From Guillardia theta CCMP2712 (Eukaryota; Protista; Cryptophyta), in NCBI RefSeq assembly GCF_000315625.1, contig NW_005434630.1, forward strand, positions 124,001-188,000: a stretch of DNA of 64,000 bases, in the 5' to 3' direction. Positions 11,442 through 23,173 of this stretch are shown here, piece after piece. The stretch's first letter is position 1; every line of letters begins with the position of its first letter. The position numbers and the translations under genes are program-made. Under the pieces are notes generated by a model. That model was not told the DNA's origin, did not search any database, and worked only from the letters and a program-made list of their open reading frames with translations.

Positions 11442-12390
11442 ATGAGGACTGTCGTTCTCCTCCTGCACTTTGTCGCTGCCTCCTCCTTCCATATCGGATC
11501 GCTACAGGTGTCTTCTCCCTCCCTCCTGTCCCTTGCAGCATCGAGAAGATCCCTCTCCAGTCTCCGCCGGTCAACTTCAACGTCCACTCCATCCTCAATC
11601 ACTTGCTCTTTCAGTGCGATGGGGAGGACAAAGCCGCTTGACCCCCTGGACATCACTCAGAACAAGATGTTTCAGCGGTGCCCACTACGTAGCTCCCCTG
11701 TCGACGAGTCCCTCAGCATTGCTACCTTTGCCCTTGGGTGATTTTGGCATCCAGAGGCTGCTCTTGGAGCGGCCTCTGGTGTGAAGAGGACTAGGGTTGG
11801 CTACTGCGGAGGAAAGCAGAAGGATCCGACCTATCGCAAAGTTTGCTCTGATCCTATCTATGCGGATTGGGCAGAAGCTGTGCAGGTCGAGTTTGATGAA
11901 TCGTCGATAAGCTACGCTGAGCTTGTCGAGCATTTCTTTCGCTCTCATGACGCGTCCTTCGGAAGTGGCAAAAGGCAGTACATGTCAGCAATCTTCTACC
12001 ACTCTGAAGAACAGGAGAAGACTGCGCAACAAGTTCTGAGCAATTTCAATACACAGAAACGTGTGGTGACTGTAATCGAACCGGCGACGGACTTCTACGA
12101 TGCAGAGTTGTATCACCAGAAATGGCTGCTGCAGAGGCGGAGAGACTGGTTTGCAACATTGGAGCTCATGTCGCCTGAAGATCTTGTTGATGGACAAGCT
12201 GCGAGGTAAGACGGAATGAGAAGAGTGAAGAGATATGCTTCTTGTGTCCTCACTCCCAATTCTCCTCAGCGGTTTGAACGCATATGTTGCTGGCCACCTC
12301 TCCCAGAAGGATTTTCGTGATCTTGTTGACGTCTGGGTGAGAGATAAGGTGATCTCCAACGATGTTTGGTCTGCCATCCGCACGAAGTGA
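11442..12390 (+). CDS. msrA: Selenocysteine-containing peptide methionine sulfoxide reductase A with bipartite (signal + transit) presequence
   Basis: One frame runs ATFALG-TGA(11739-11741)-FWHPEAA..GVKRTRVGYCGG..DPTYRKVC..AEAVQVEFD..ISYAELVEHFFRSHD..QYMSAIFYH..FYDAELYHQKW. The TGA sits exactly at the catalytic Cys of the GCFW motif. Intron 12206-12269, stop at 12388-12390. Confidence 0.93.
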
Positions 12391-12396
12391 GACCCC

Positions 12397-12458
12397 TTGA
12401 CTTTGTTGAGGTGAAAACTTGTTCTGATTCTGAGAACAGGCTCGGCTTCGAGTGTGAG
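12397..12458 (+). promoter_or_regulatory. Candidate type-2 SECIS element in msrA 3' UTR
   Basis: TGA(12398)-CTTT-GTTGAG-GTG-AAAA-[CTTGTTCT/AGAACAGG stem]-CTCGGC..GAG-TG-TGA. Unpaired As precede an apical mini-stem, but the core reads UUGA rather than the canonical AUGA. Confidence 0.4.
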
Positions 12459-12763
12459 AATGATGAATGATTTGTCGATCGGTGGTTGTACTAGATGATG
12501 ATGTTTTGCAAGGTGAGACAGATTTAGGATTAAGATGGATTTTGTTTTTTGTTTTGACAAACACTTTTTGCTCAGTTTATTTGTCCAACATGGAGAGCGA
12601 ATGATGCAAGAGAGCAGAAAACCATTACTGGCGGCTTTCTTGCTGACAGATTCTTCATGTACAGTACAGCCTGGCAAGATATCATCAGTCTAGACTATGA
12701 TCCTTGTAATCAGTAAACAACAAAGAGCACTTGTTGTATCACAGCATTGAGCGGTGCCCATTT

Positions 12764-13279
12764 TCAAAAACGCCTTTTTATCAGGTCTTCTGCCAAGACA
12801 TCTTTCACATTCATCTTTGCGAAATCCTGCCACATTCCTCCTCGGCAAAGTCGTTGTGCTGTCAGAATTGCGTTGATTCTTTCAACCGTGCTCGATGTTT
12901 CCATCACCACAGCAGCTTTGGTTTCAACAAGGGAAGCTTTCCGCGCATTGTCGTCTGGGAGATGGAGAGCGTCTATCGCTGCTGCAAGGAGAGGAAGCGC
13001 CATTTCATGTTCATATGGTTGATTTGCATGAAAGCTACCAACAGCTTGCAAGCATGCGAGCTCTTGCTCTTTCCTCTTCAGCACCTCAGTCTCGGCAGCG
13101 ATCAATTTCTCCACAGTTTCTATCATCTCCTCCTCCTCTTCGATCTCCTCCTCGACAAACGCAAACTGTTCAGCACTCTCTTCTTCTAGTTCCTCCATCA
13201 GCTTCTCGGAGTACTCCTTCCCTCCATCTCCCAGCTCCTCGCAGACCCGCCGCCATCGCTCCACAAGCAGCGAGTCCAT
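12764..13279 (-). CDS. Hypothetical 171-aa acidic coiled-coil protein, single exon
   Basis: ATG in CACCATGG context, open frame, helical composition, divergent from cyclin C. Confidence 0.65.
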   Translation of the reverse strand: MDSLLVERWRRVCEELGDGGKEYSEKLMEELEEESAEQFAFVEEEIEEEEEMIETVEKLIAAETEVLKRKEQELACLQAVGSFHANQPYEHEMALPLLAAAIDALHLPDDNARKASLVETKAAVVMETSSTVERINAILTAQRLCRGGMWQDFAKMNVKDVLAEDLIKRRF

Positions 13280-13949
13280 GGTGAGCTTGCCTCGATTAAA
13301 AAAACATATGATTTTTTGAGGACAGCAACTTTCAACTTATCAGTCAACAGTGGTTATCAGAAGTGTACATGCATACTTTCCCGCGTCCCTCGTCCTCTCA
13401 GCCTCCTTGCCCTCCGTGTGCCTTCGCCCTCTCCCTCCCCTTCGCGCCTGCCCCTCTCACCTCCCCTCACCTCCCCTCCCCTCACCTCCCCTCACCTCCC
13501 CTCCCCTCCCCCTCCGCACACAACCTCTCTGTCGAACCCCTCCCACCCAACCCTGCACTCCATTCTGTCTCCTTTCTTTCCTCTCCCGACTTTCGTCTCC
13601 TTCAATTTCCCATCTTTCTTCTCTGCACAGCCTTTCCTTGCCTGCACTTCTCCCCCGAACATCGCCCTCTTCCAGTCTCTGCTATGAGAATTCCTCGTCC
13701 CCATTCTTTGTCTCCCTTCGCCCTTGCCCACATCTACTTTCACTCACTCTGACCAAACGGTCTGGCTCTGTCAATTTAGCTGGTTCTAATTGTTTGTCCC
13801 ACTGTTCGTTGCCTCATCCAAACATCCACAGCAAATGTCTTTTTGTTTGTCGAACTATCCCTCTTTCGAAGTGTTTTACCGATGTATCACTTCCGTCTTG
13901 ATCGATGATTGACCGTTCCACATCCGAAACTGTTCTCATGTCTTCGCAG

Positions 13950-15429
13950 ATGGCGGCAAATTTCTGGCTGTCCTCTCACTGGTATGATTCTTATCGAAAT
14001 GAGATGGTTTTTTATTTCTTGACTTTCGCAAAGCACTGAATGGTTGAAGAATGCAAAGGACGAAGACAACAACCCAGAAGTCAGGGTAATCCGAATGCTC
14101 TTGTGAAACGTGCAGTCACGTCATGGTCAGCAACGGAAGGAGAAGAATCGAGAAATCATGTTGAGCGATGAAGAGATTAAGAAACTAAGAATTCACATGT
14201 CAACTTTTATTAGCCGTCAGTCCCAATCCTCGTCTTGTCGGCTCTTAGTTACTCGATTTGCAGAACTGGGAAGAAATTTGCACGTCAAAGTGCGTCAGAG
14301 GGTCATCAGCACGGCCACGGTTTACCTTGCAAGGTATTTGACTTGTGTGTTACTTTCTTGTTTTAACACAACGCCCAGATTCTACTACCACAACTCCTAC
14401 AAAGATTTTCATCCTCATCTCATCGCAGCTACAGCTCTGTATCTTGCTTCCAAGGTGGAGGAATCGCCGGTGTCGGTGAGGAGGATCAAAAAAGATTCAT
14501 GCTTGTCACGCTTGACAATCGCTGTAAGCCGAAGCACATCGTGTCGGCTTTGAAGGAATTGCATCAGACCAAGTGGCCCAAGGAGGAGAGCTACGACATA
14601 CGGGATATCGTGGATGGTGAAATTCCATGTCTTGTATTTGACTTGCGGCTTACATTCTCTCAGCCGAATATTTCTTGATGGAGGAATTGCGATTTAATCT
14701 CATCGTCTTCCATCCATACAGACAGACTGAACTTTATATGAAAGACGCAAAACTTGAATCTTGCGTTCATACAGCTTGGCAAATCATCAATGACTCGTAA
14801 GCAATCTTTCAGTTTTTTGCACTTTTTCACCTGCTTCATGCCAGATATCGCTTGGACTTGTGCTTGTATTATCCTCCTCACATCATTGCCATTGCGGTCG
14901 TGCAGATGGCTGGCGCTTACCACAACTACGACACAACCGAGTGAGCTGATGTCTTGACTGTTTCTTGACTGTCGTTGGTGGAATTATTATTTCTCTCCTA
15001 TTTTCCTCCTCTTACCTTTTTGTGACTGTCTGGTAGATGGTTGAAGACCCTAAAATTCCGTGATGGACACGAAAAGGCAATCCCGGTAAACGCGGATTTG
15101 GACAAGACGCGATTTCTTGACGCGCACGTTCGATAACAGGAAGTACAAGAGAAGCTCTTGGAGTTGTACGAAGACTACAGGTACATGTTCCCGAGTCAAT
15201 CAGAACTTCATGACATGATGGGCTCACAGCCATCTTGAACATGATGAGATCATGCACATCTTGGACAAGGTCCCACGACATCCTCCTCTCGGTCACTTTC
15301 CAATTGTTTCATCCCCTCACTTTTTCTCATCAAGGTTACAGGGAAGGGGGCGTCTCCCGTCATGAGTCCTCCTCCAGTATCCACCCCAGGATAACACCAG
15401 GAACGCGCGAGCTCCCGGATAATTTTTGA
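13950..15429 (+). CDS. CCNC: Cyclin C (Mediator CDK8-module cyclin), multi-exon
   Basis: MAANFWLSSH start; LGRNLHVKVRQRVISTATVYLARFY; LIAATALYLASKVEE; EYFLMEELRFNLIVFHPYR; AWQIINDSY..DLCLYYPPHIIA. Confidence 0.92.
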
Positions 15430-16730
15430 CAACTTTATCAGTGTCGACCACACTCTACTTATCTTACAATAAATTCTTCTGCTCCTCTCTGTCTCCGCGA
15501 GCCTCACGCGCCTCAAAATTGATTTCCTGCATGAAAGCCGTAGTTGAGCGCACGCATCCTCAGAAAGCCAGAGCCGTGAAACGCGTTTCCTGGACCTCCA
15601 TGCAGAATGTCGTTTCTGAACCTGAACTCTCATCAGCAACGAATAAGTTGTCAAAGCAAACGAGGATCAAGACGATGATGATGAGGAGGAGGAGAAGGGG
15701 GAGGAGGAGGAGGAGGAGGAGGAGGAGGAGGAGTATGGTGATCAAGTTTCACGCATGCTTACTTCGACTTGACGAGTGACAGAATCTTCACGTTCGTGGT
15801 CCCATCATCCAGCGGATGATAGCCTGCAGGTTGAGGAGCTCCTCTGTTCTTCGCCTGCCCATCGAGGCTCAAACAAGCAGAGATGAGATCCGACAAATCA
15901 GCACCTCGAAATGAAGCAAATGTGTGGAGACAGGAAGCATCCCAGCCATCCTGTCAGAAAAGATATAAATGAAATGCATCATCACTAATCAAAATGAAAT
16001 GCATCATCATTATCATCCCATTATCCTGCAGCTCCTGCTCCTGCTCCTGCTCGTCGTTCTCATTTCGCCCCTGACCCTGCTCCTGCTGCTTCTGCTCCTT
16101 GTAATGTTGCTGCTGCTAGTGCAACTGCTACAATTCGCTCTCCATCTCTTTGACCTTGGACTATCATCACACTAAAGATATAATCACGAGAGGAGTCAGA
16201 AGGCTCCCTGAAAGCTCACAAGTGACAAGCTGTGAAGAAAAATCTCAATCGAAGTTGGTTCTCCTAGATTAGCTTTGAAAATGGGAAAAATAACAAGTTG
16301 TGAAAAAAAAGGGAGAGCGGAGAGGAGGAGAGGAGAGGATGAGGAGAGGAGGAGAGGAGAGGAGGCGGAGATGAGGAGAGGGGGTGTAAGAGGAGGCGGA
16401 GAGGAGGAGAGGGGGTGTGAAGAGGAGGCGGAGAGGAGGTGGAAAGCAGCATGGAAGCAACTTGTGTCCTGCCTCTTCCTGCTGCATCGAAATAGAGATC
16501 ACAAAAATGTCCTCGAATCTGGTTGCTATTAGTTCAAATGTTTAAGTACTTTTTGGATTTGTTGAAACCGTTTCGAAATCTGTCAAGCTTGGGAGTCTTC
16601 AACCAAAAAAAACAGGGTTGCCAGGTTTCCTAATAATGAAGCCTGTGGCCGGGGCAGCAAACTATGGCGGATCTCTCGGAAAGAGGCGAAAGATGGCGAG
16701 AAAGAGGGATGAACAGGAACTTAGATGGAA

Positions 16731-16766
16731 TGGGGATGGGGATGGGGATGGGGATGGGGATGGGAT
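16731..16766. repeat. (GGGGAT)n microsatellite
   Basis: Directly visible. Confidence 0.85.
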
Positions 16767-17043
16767 GGTGGGGCGTGGGGAGGGGATAGGATCAAGTAAG
16801 GTGAGATCCGAGTGAGCGGGAAGGAGAAGGGCGGGAGACAACTAACAGAGTGATACCGAGACGAAAAGGAAGGAAATGTCGAGTCGAAGCTCATTAGATT
16901 CAAAGATTAGCATGCAACCAAAGGAGAAACGAGAATCGAAAATTGATCCGAACAACTTGCTTATGATTTCTCGTTTTGCAACCGAGGGTGGTTAATTCTT
17001 CAAGGATCAAATGGATCTGTTATCGACTCATGGGTTTCGGCAG

Positions 17044-18709
17044 ATGTTTAAGAAGTTGTTGCTGCTGGTTTGCCTGTCCTGTTTCTCAACTTTGCATGCG
17101 CTAAACGATGATATCCCGACACTCGGGGTATCCAACTTTGGGCAAAGGATGAAATCCTCTGTCCGAGAAAGGTTCTCCTTGAAAGGGAAACGATGTCTGG
17201 TGACAGGAGGGACCAAGGTGAACATGATAGGCGTGCGCGTCTCTGCTCTTGACTTATGGTTGCAGGGGATAGGGAACGGGATTGTGGGGGAGCTCGCAGC
17301 ACTAGGAGCCAACGTACTTACTTGTTCCAGGACAGAGGCTGATTTGCAGGAGTGTTTGCAAGCATGGCAGAAGCAGGGATTCATTGTGCAAGGAGTTGTT
17401 GCAGACATGTCGAAGGAGGAAGATAGAATCATGTTGATCAAGAAGGCGGAGGAGTTTTTCGAGGGCAAGCTCGACGTGCTGGTGAACAACGTCGGGACGA
17501 ACGTGAGGAAGACGACTGTGGAGTATAGCAGTGAGGTACAGGAGATGAGATTCGAGCAAACATCAACGTTGGATGCAGGAGTTTGATTTCTTGATGAACA
17601 CAAACTTCAAATCATGTAATGAGCAAGTCAATCAGACCGTCCTCCCCTTATGCTGTTCCAGGTTTCCACCTCTGCCAACTCGCTTTCCCGCTTCTCCAGC
17701 GGTCGGAGGGACACGAGGAGAGGAGCTACTCGTCCATCATCAACATCGGCTCTGCATCTTCTATCATCCCTGACAGGCATGCTGATGAATTCAAGCTCCA
17801 CCCCCCACCCCCCCTTTCCTCCTCCTCCTCCTCCTCCTCCTCCCTGCTCTTCCTCGTCCTCGTCCTCTACTACTACTACTACTACTACTCTGACTTCAAA
17901 CTCGTGCAACAGAACAGGATCAATCTATGCAGCGACAAAGGCGGCGATGGACATGCTTACCAAGAATCTTGCTTGCGAATGGGCGAAGAACGGGTGAGGG
18001 TTTGTGTGTTGCGAAACAAAAATTGCGTTCGATCATGAAAGAACAGGATAAGAGTCAACTGTGTATCGCCCTGGTATACCGCGACTCCCCTCGCACTTCA
18101 GGTTGAGGAATGCATGCCGGAGCTTGTTGGCCTGTTATGCTGCAGATGTCACTCTAGTGCCTATGGGTGGTGATTTTGATTTGTTGATGAAGAAGTTGAA
18201 TATGATGATGATTGACGACACCGACGGAACAGCTAACGCCATAGAACATGCAGGTTCTTAAGAATGAAACCTTCAAGAACGAAGTGAGTTGTAAGAACGT
18301 GCATGGAACTTGACTGATATTGGTTCCAGGTGCTTGCTCGCACTCCTATGCGTCGAGTCGCAGAGGTTGAGGAGGTGGCAGGAACGGTAATGATCTCGTT
18401 TTGTTGCACTTTTTGCCTTATTCTTGATTGTTGGACTTCGCCTGCAATTTTATCTTGTTCACTTTCTCTTGGTTTCTCCTGATGATGTTTTCTTTTAGGT
18501 TGCATTCTTGGCAATGTCTGCATCAAACTACATAACAGGCCAGGTTGGCAATCATGTTACATGTTCACATTTTGGTTTCATCTTCATCTTCTCTTGTTGC
18601 AAACGACATATTTACATTCATAACCTTCGACTCAACTTATCTTACACTTTCTTGTTGTTGTCAGGTCATTGTAGTAGACGGAGGGTACACTATCAATGGG
18701 CTTCACTGA
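17044..18709 (+). CDS. Tropinone-reductase-like short-chain dehydrogenase/reductase with N-terminal signal peptide, multi-exon
   Basis: FSLKGKRCLVTGGTK|GIG; LDVLVNNVGTN; GSIYAATKAAMDMLTKNLACEWAK; IRVNCVSPWY; RTPMRRVAEVEEVA; YITGQ|VIVVDGGYTING; stop at 18707-18709. Confidence 0.9.
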
Positions 18710-18844
18710 TCTCGATGCCTCTGCGACCTGTTAACGAAAAATCTTGACAGTGACTTCTGCAAAATGTTTGTGTCAGCATCGCAAACTTTGACAATTGCTT
18801 GTCAAAGCTCATGTACCCCCCCTTCACCAGCCTCCACACCATCA

Positions 18845-19012
18845 CTAGCCTCTCAAACTTGCCTGCTGGGGTCCGTGAAAGGTCGTGAGGATAGGATCAG
18901 GTAGAACGATAGTGTTGGCGTTTCTTGCTGCAGCAGAAATCAGCTCAAAAGAAACAAAAGCAGCAAAACCATGTTAACGTCACAATCACAGACAATAACA
19001 AAACACAAAAGT

Positions 19013-19056
<44 letters not shown>

Positions 19057-22000
19057 TATCATCTCTTGTACCGATTTCATTGGTGCTCTTTCTCCCCAGC
19101 ACATATCGCTTTGCCGCCAGCCTGCACAGAAACTCCACGAACTGCTGGAAGCTGATATGCATGTGCTCGCCTATGACATGTCAGATGTCAGACATGAGGA
19201 CGAAGACGATCGTTAGCCCTGCTGCTTGCCTGATCCAGATGCGAGGATGACTACGATGAAGAGGCTCTTAGCGATGCTGGCGCTTGACAGAAAGTCAGAA
19301 GAGGAGGGGGAGAGCAGGACAAGTGATTGGGAGCGAGGATAGTCATGAAGGGAGGTGGGAAGGAAAAGGGAACGAGAGCGAGGAGGAGGTGGTGGTGGTG
19401 GTGGAGAGAGGGAGAGAGGGAGGGATGAGAAGAAACCTGCAGAGCTTGAACGCGCTACAGAGGTGGGAGAAAGCTCGGAATGTCATTCTCAGGTCTGCAG
19501 AGAGGAAATAAGCCGCGAGCAGATCATCAGCACCCTCACCCCCTAGCTGAGGAGCAGCAGGTTCTAGCGAGCGAGCAGAAGGAGGAGGATCGGAGGGGTT
19601 CACAAACGTCCTGCCCAGACTCTTGCTGTTGCTCAGCTCCCCTTCACCGTCTCCTCTCACCCCCCTGGTCGGGCTCCCCTCTTCCTTCCTCCTCCTCCTT
19701 CCAGTCCTTCCCGTTCCCTCCCCATCCCCCTGCCATCTCGTTAGCTTTGCCCCGCCCTCGCCTCCTCCTACTCGCCTCCTCCCCCGCAAGGCTCTGCAGG
19801 TACTCGAAGCAGCTCCTCTCCAGTCGGTTGCACAACCTCGGAGTGGCCTGCAGCTGGGAAGACAGCTGATGAGCAGCTGCGGAGGAGGGGAGGAACCAAG
19901 ACCTGGGCTCTGCTGGGAGAGGACGTTGCTCCTGTCTCTGCTGGACCCCTGCTCGTCTTGGCTCGCAGAGGCTGATGGGAGGACGGAAAGTCTCCTTCCC
20001 ACTCGTTGACGACCCTGCTGAGGTCCAGCTGGAGATTCGGCAGTCTGAAGCTGGCAGAGGACAGAGGAGTATCGGAGGGGCGGGCAAAGTGACGGAAAAT
20101 CTGCTCGAGCGGCCAGCGAAAGCGATCCTGAGCCAGAGAGTGAGAGGGAGGGAAGAGGAGAGAGGGAGCAAAAGAAAGGGGAGGAGGACGAGAATGGCAA
20201 GAAGCAAAAAGCAAAGGAGCACGGTGAGAGAACAGATCAGTGGAGTGAAGGAAGATGAGGAAGAGGAGAGGAGAGCATGGGGTAGAAGTGTCAGGAAGAG
20301 ACTGACAATGGAGGACAGCAGCGCTGGTCGACGAAAAAATGTGAATACGGGATTCGAGCTGCGGGGAAGGCAAGTCAAGTGAGAACAGAAGAAGAACAAT
20401 GAGGGACAAGAAGAAGGATGAAGTGGAAGAACGAGCCAGGAGAAGACTGGAAGGCAGAGGGGAAAAGGTGAGGAGGTGAAGTCACAATAGGAAGAAGGAG
20501 GAGCAGAATGAGGAGGAGGAGGAGGAGGAGGAGGAGCGCTGAAGAAAGAGAGCCAATTACAATTCTCTCCTAGCCTTGTAGCAAATAATGTCCTTGACGA
20601 ACGAGTCAATCAGGAGGCCTGCGGTCTTGTTATCTTAAGGACGTTTGACATCCAGGCGCAAACTTGGGAAGCAAGCATTCCTCCTCTCAACGCAGAGATC
20701 CCTCCAGCTGGTGCCCAGCATGTGAGTCACATGACAAGCTCTTGAGCAGGAGTCGTACTCGTCGTACTCGACGGCACATTTGAACTCCACGGAGACTCCA
20801 GCTCCTTCACCAGCTTCCGGCAGGCGTTCTAGAGCAGAGCTGGCACTTGAGAACTTATCGGAAGGGTTTGGAGATTACCGTCCATGTCATAGAATTTGTA
20901 TGTGTCACTGATGGAGATTTCAAAGTTTGAAGGGGAAGCTTTAAAATTCAGAACCTGCAGGATGATTTTCGCGATCGCTCTTCAATAACGGGCAAGATGC
21001 CTATCGGAACAGATTGAGGAGTCAATCTCAGCCAATCGGATCATCTTACACATGAACTCCTCTCTGTCAATTATTCCATCTGAGAGAAACAAGAACGTGA
21101 GTGAGATTGAAAGAGGTGAAAAGTAGAATTCATCGCAGTGTCGCACTTGTCAAGGGGGAAAGGAGAGAGGGATCAGGAAACACGACAAGATTCGATGATT
21201 GAAGGACAGATTCTTAAGAATGCCTACCTCCATTTTCATCGAACATCTTCCATATCTTGACCTTGTCCGCCTCTGCACATTGACTGGCTCAGAACTATGA
21301 AAATTCACTCCTTGACAACGTTCAAAACGACGAAAACTATCCATGAATGACATGAACTCCGTAAAACTAGAAAGATATCTCAATTGCAGTAAACGTTTGC
21401 GAGTGAAAGTCACCTGATGAAAGTGTTGCCATCATCATCTGCCTTGTCAAACAGCTGGTAAGAGGCAAGCTGGAGAAAATCATCACAAACGTTGTCAGTA
21501 GAATTCCGTTCAACAACCTGCTGCAGATAGAAATCGTTCAGGTCTCCTAACTTGGAGAGGAAATAAGAATGAGCTGTCATATCCACCTGAAACAATCTTG
21601 GTGAATAGCACGCGGACAGAATCGTTGAGAAACGGAACATGAACGTGATAGGATTTCACGTTTTATGTCTCGTTCGAAATCTTTCTGAACTCACCTGAAT
21701 GTTGCAGTCTTTGAGAAATTTACAATATCCAGCATGCTGCAGTCTATCGGGTCCTGAGTCTTTCCTATACACTCGCTGGCTGTTCTTCCATCAGTCTAGT
21801 CATTCTCCTCCTTACAAACATTTCTTACAATCGAGAGTTGTGCATCTTCGAAGTCCGTTCTTTGAAGGCATATACCTGTGAGTAAGAACAGGTTACTATC
21901 TGTTCACGTGCATAAAGTCATGTATGATCACACTTGCACATAGAATTTGTAGATCTTCTTCATCTCAGTCTCAGCATTCTCTCTCAGTGAGGAAAAAGGG

Positions 22001-22697
22001 AACCCCCAAGCTCCCCGTCGCTCCATCGTCTGCTCCGCACTTCCACCTGATACTCTCTTCTGCAACACAACAGCAGCAAGTCAGTCTCTCATTCCATTTT
22101 CCTCGCATCTTCTACTTTGCGCTTGGTTGTTGTCCTCAATGTCCTGAACGCAAACAATCAGCCCGAACTTGTTCGTCACTCGCTATCCTACCCGGCGGCA
22201 AGAGGACTGAGGAGATGCTTGCTCAGCTTCGGAGGCGCAGCGAGGTCACTGAAGGACAGCTCTACCTCTCCCCATGAGCTGAGAGCTCGTTTGATGTACT
22301 TGGTATCAAGAACGTGGACGTCGTTGTACAACAAAGTCAGGAACGCCTCATTCAGCTCCCGGTGCTGCTCAGCGTTGTCTTGCGCAAACCTGTCCTGCTC
22401 CGGAAACATGTGCTCGTACTCGTCTGTCATCGCAACCAGCGCGCACAAGAACAGCTCCCTGAACGAGCACCATGGCGGCTCCTGTACGCCCCTGCACCAC
22501 ATGACTACCCTCACAAGGATCTCGCTCACGCGCAGGGGGGTCAGGCCCTGTGCTCCCATCTCCTGCCGCAGGAACTCAAAGAGGATCTCCGAGGCTCGGT
22601 CGGTCGGGAGGATCCCGCTGATGCTCCCCCTCTCCTGCTGCTCCATCGCCATCGACCGGCATGCAAGTCGGCGGACCATGGCTGCCGTCCAGGCCAT
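18845..22697 (-). CDS. Multi-exon hypothetical protein with EF-hand-like loops (3' end uncertain)
   Basis: First exon MAWTAAM..LLSPLAA (22697-~22190). Later exons include LFDKADDDGNTFI, DGIIDREEFMCKMI and HISFQQFVEFLCRLA, with splice signals including a GC-AG intron at ~19173-19229. Confidence 0.5.
19013..19061. repeat. (CAT)n intronic microsatellite
   Basis: Directly visible. Confidence 0.9.
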
Positions 22698-23173
22698 CCT
22701 GGCAATCGATCGGATGCGGCCGTTGACAATGGTGGTCAAACTGCCAAATTGATTTTTTTTTTGGCTGCCCCCCATCCTGTTCGCTGCCTCCTTCGTTTCC
22801 TAGTATTTTATTGAGGCGGATTTGTAGGCTTCATTCGTACTGATCTTTAACTTAACTTTGAGTAAAGAAGAGTGCCAACATCAGTTCGCATATTCGGCTC
22901 ATGAGTAAAAACAACCTCGTACTGATTTTAATTAACTTTAAATTTGAGTAAACATTTGAGTTTAAATTTGAGTAAAGTAAAAAAACCATCAGGTCCATGG
23001 CCTTTGACAGAAAGAAGCGGAAAGTTGGACCGCACGACACAATTGTCCTACTTTTAGTATATGAGTTTGTAAAAAACTATATATATAAGTAGACCACATA
23101 CAGTACGTAGGATAATTGGGTGAATATGTCCTGACGAGTCCTACTTCGGGTGCCTTGCCGCACTTTGTGCTGA

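Noticed and set aside
15430-16200. Possible small minus-strand gene
   Set aside because: Short open segments among simple repeats, with no consistent frame or domain established.
18693-18709. Overlapping stop regions of SDR and the convergent EF-hand-like gene
   Set aside because: Depends on an unverified last exon; an alternative frame stops at ~18845.
19343-20609. Long Ser/Leu/Pro-rich ORFs
   Set aside because: Mostly read-through of low-complexity introns. Only parts are probable exons of the EF-hand-like gene.
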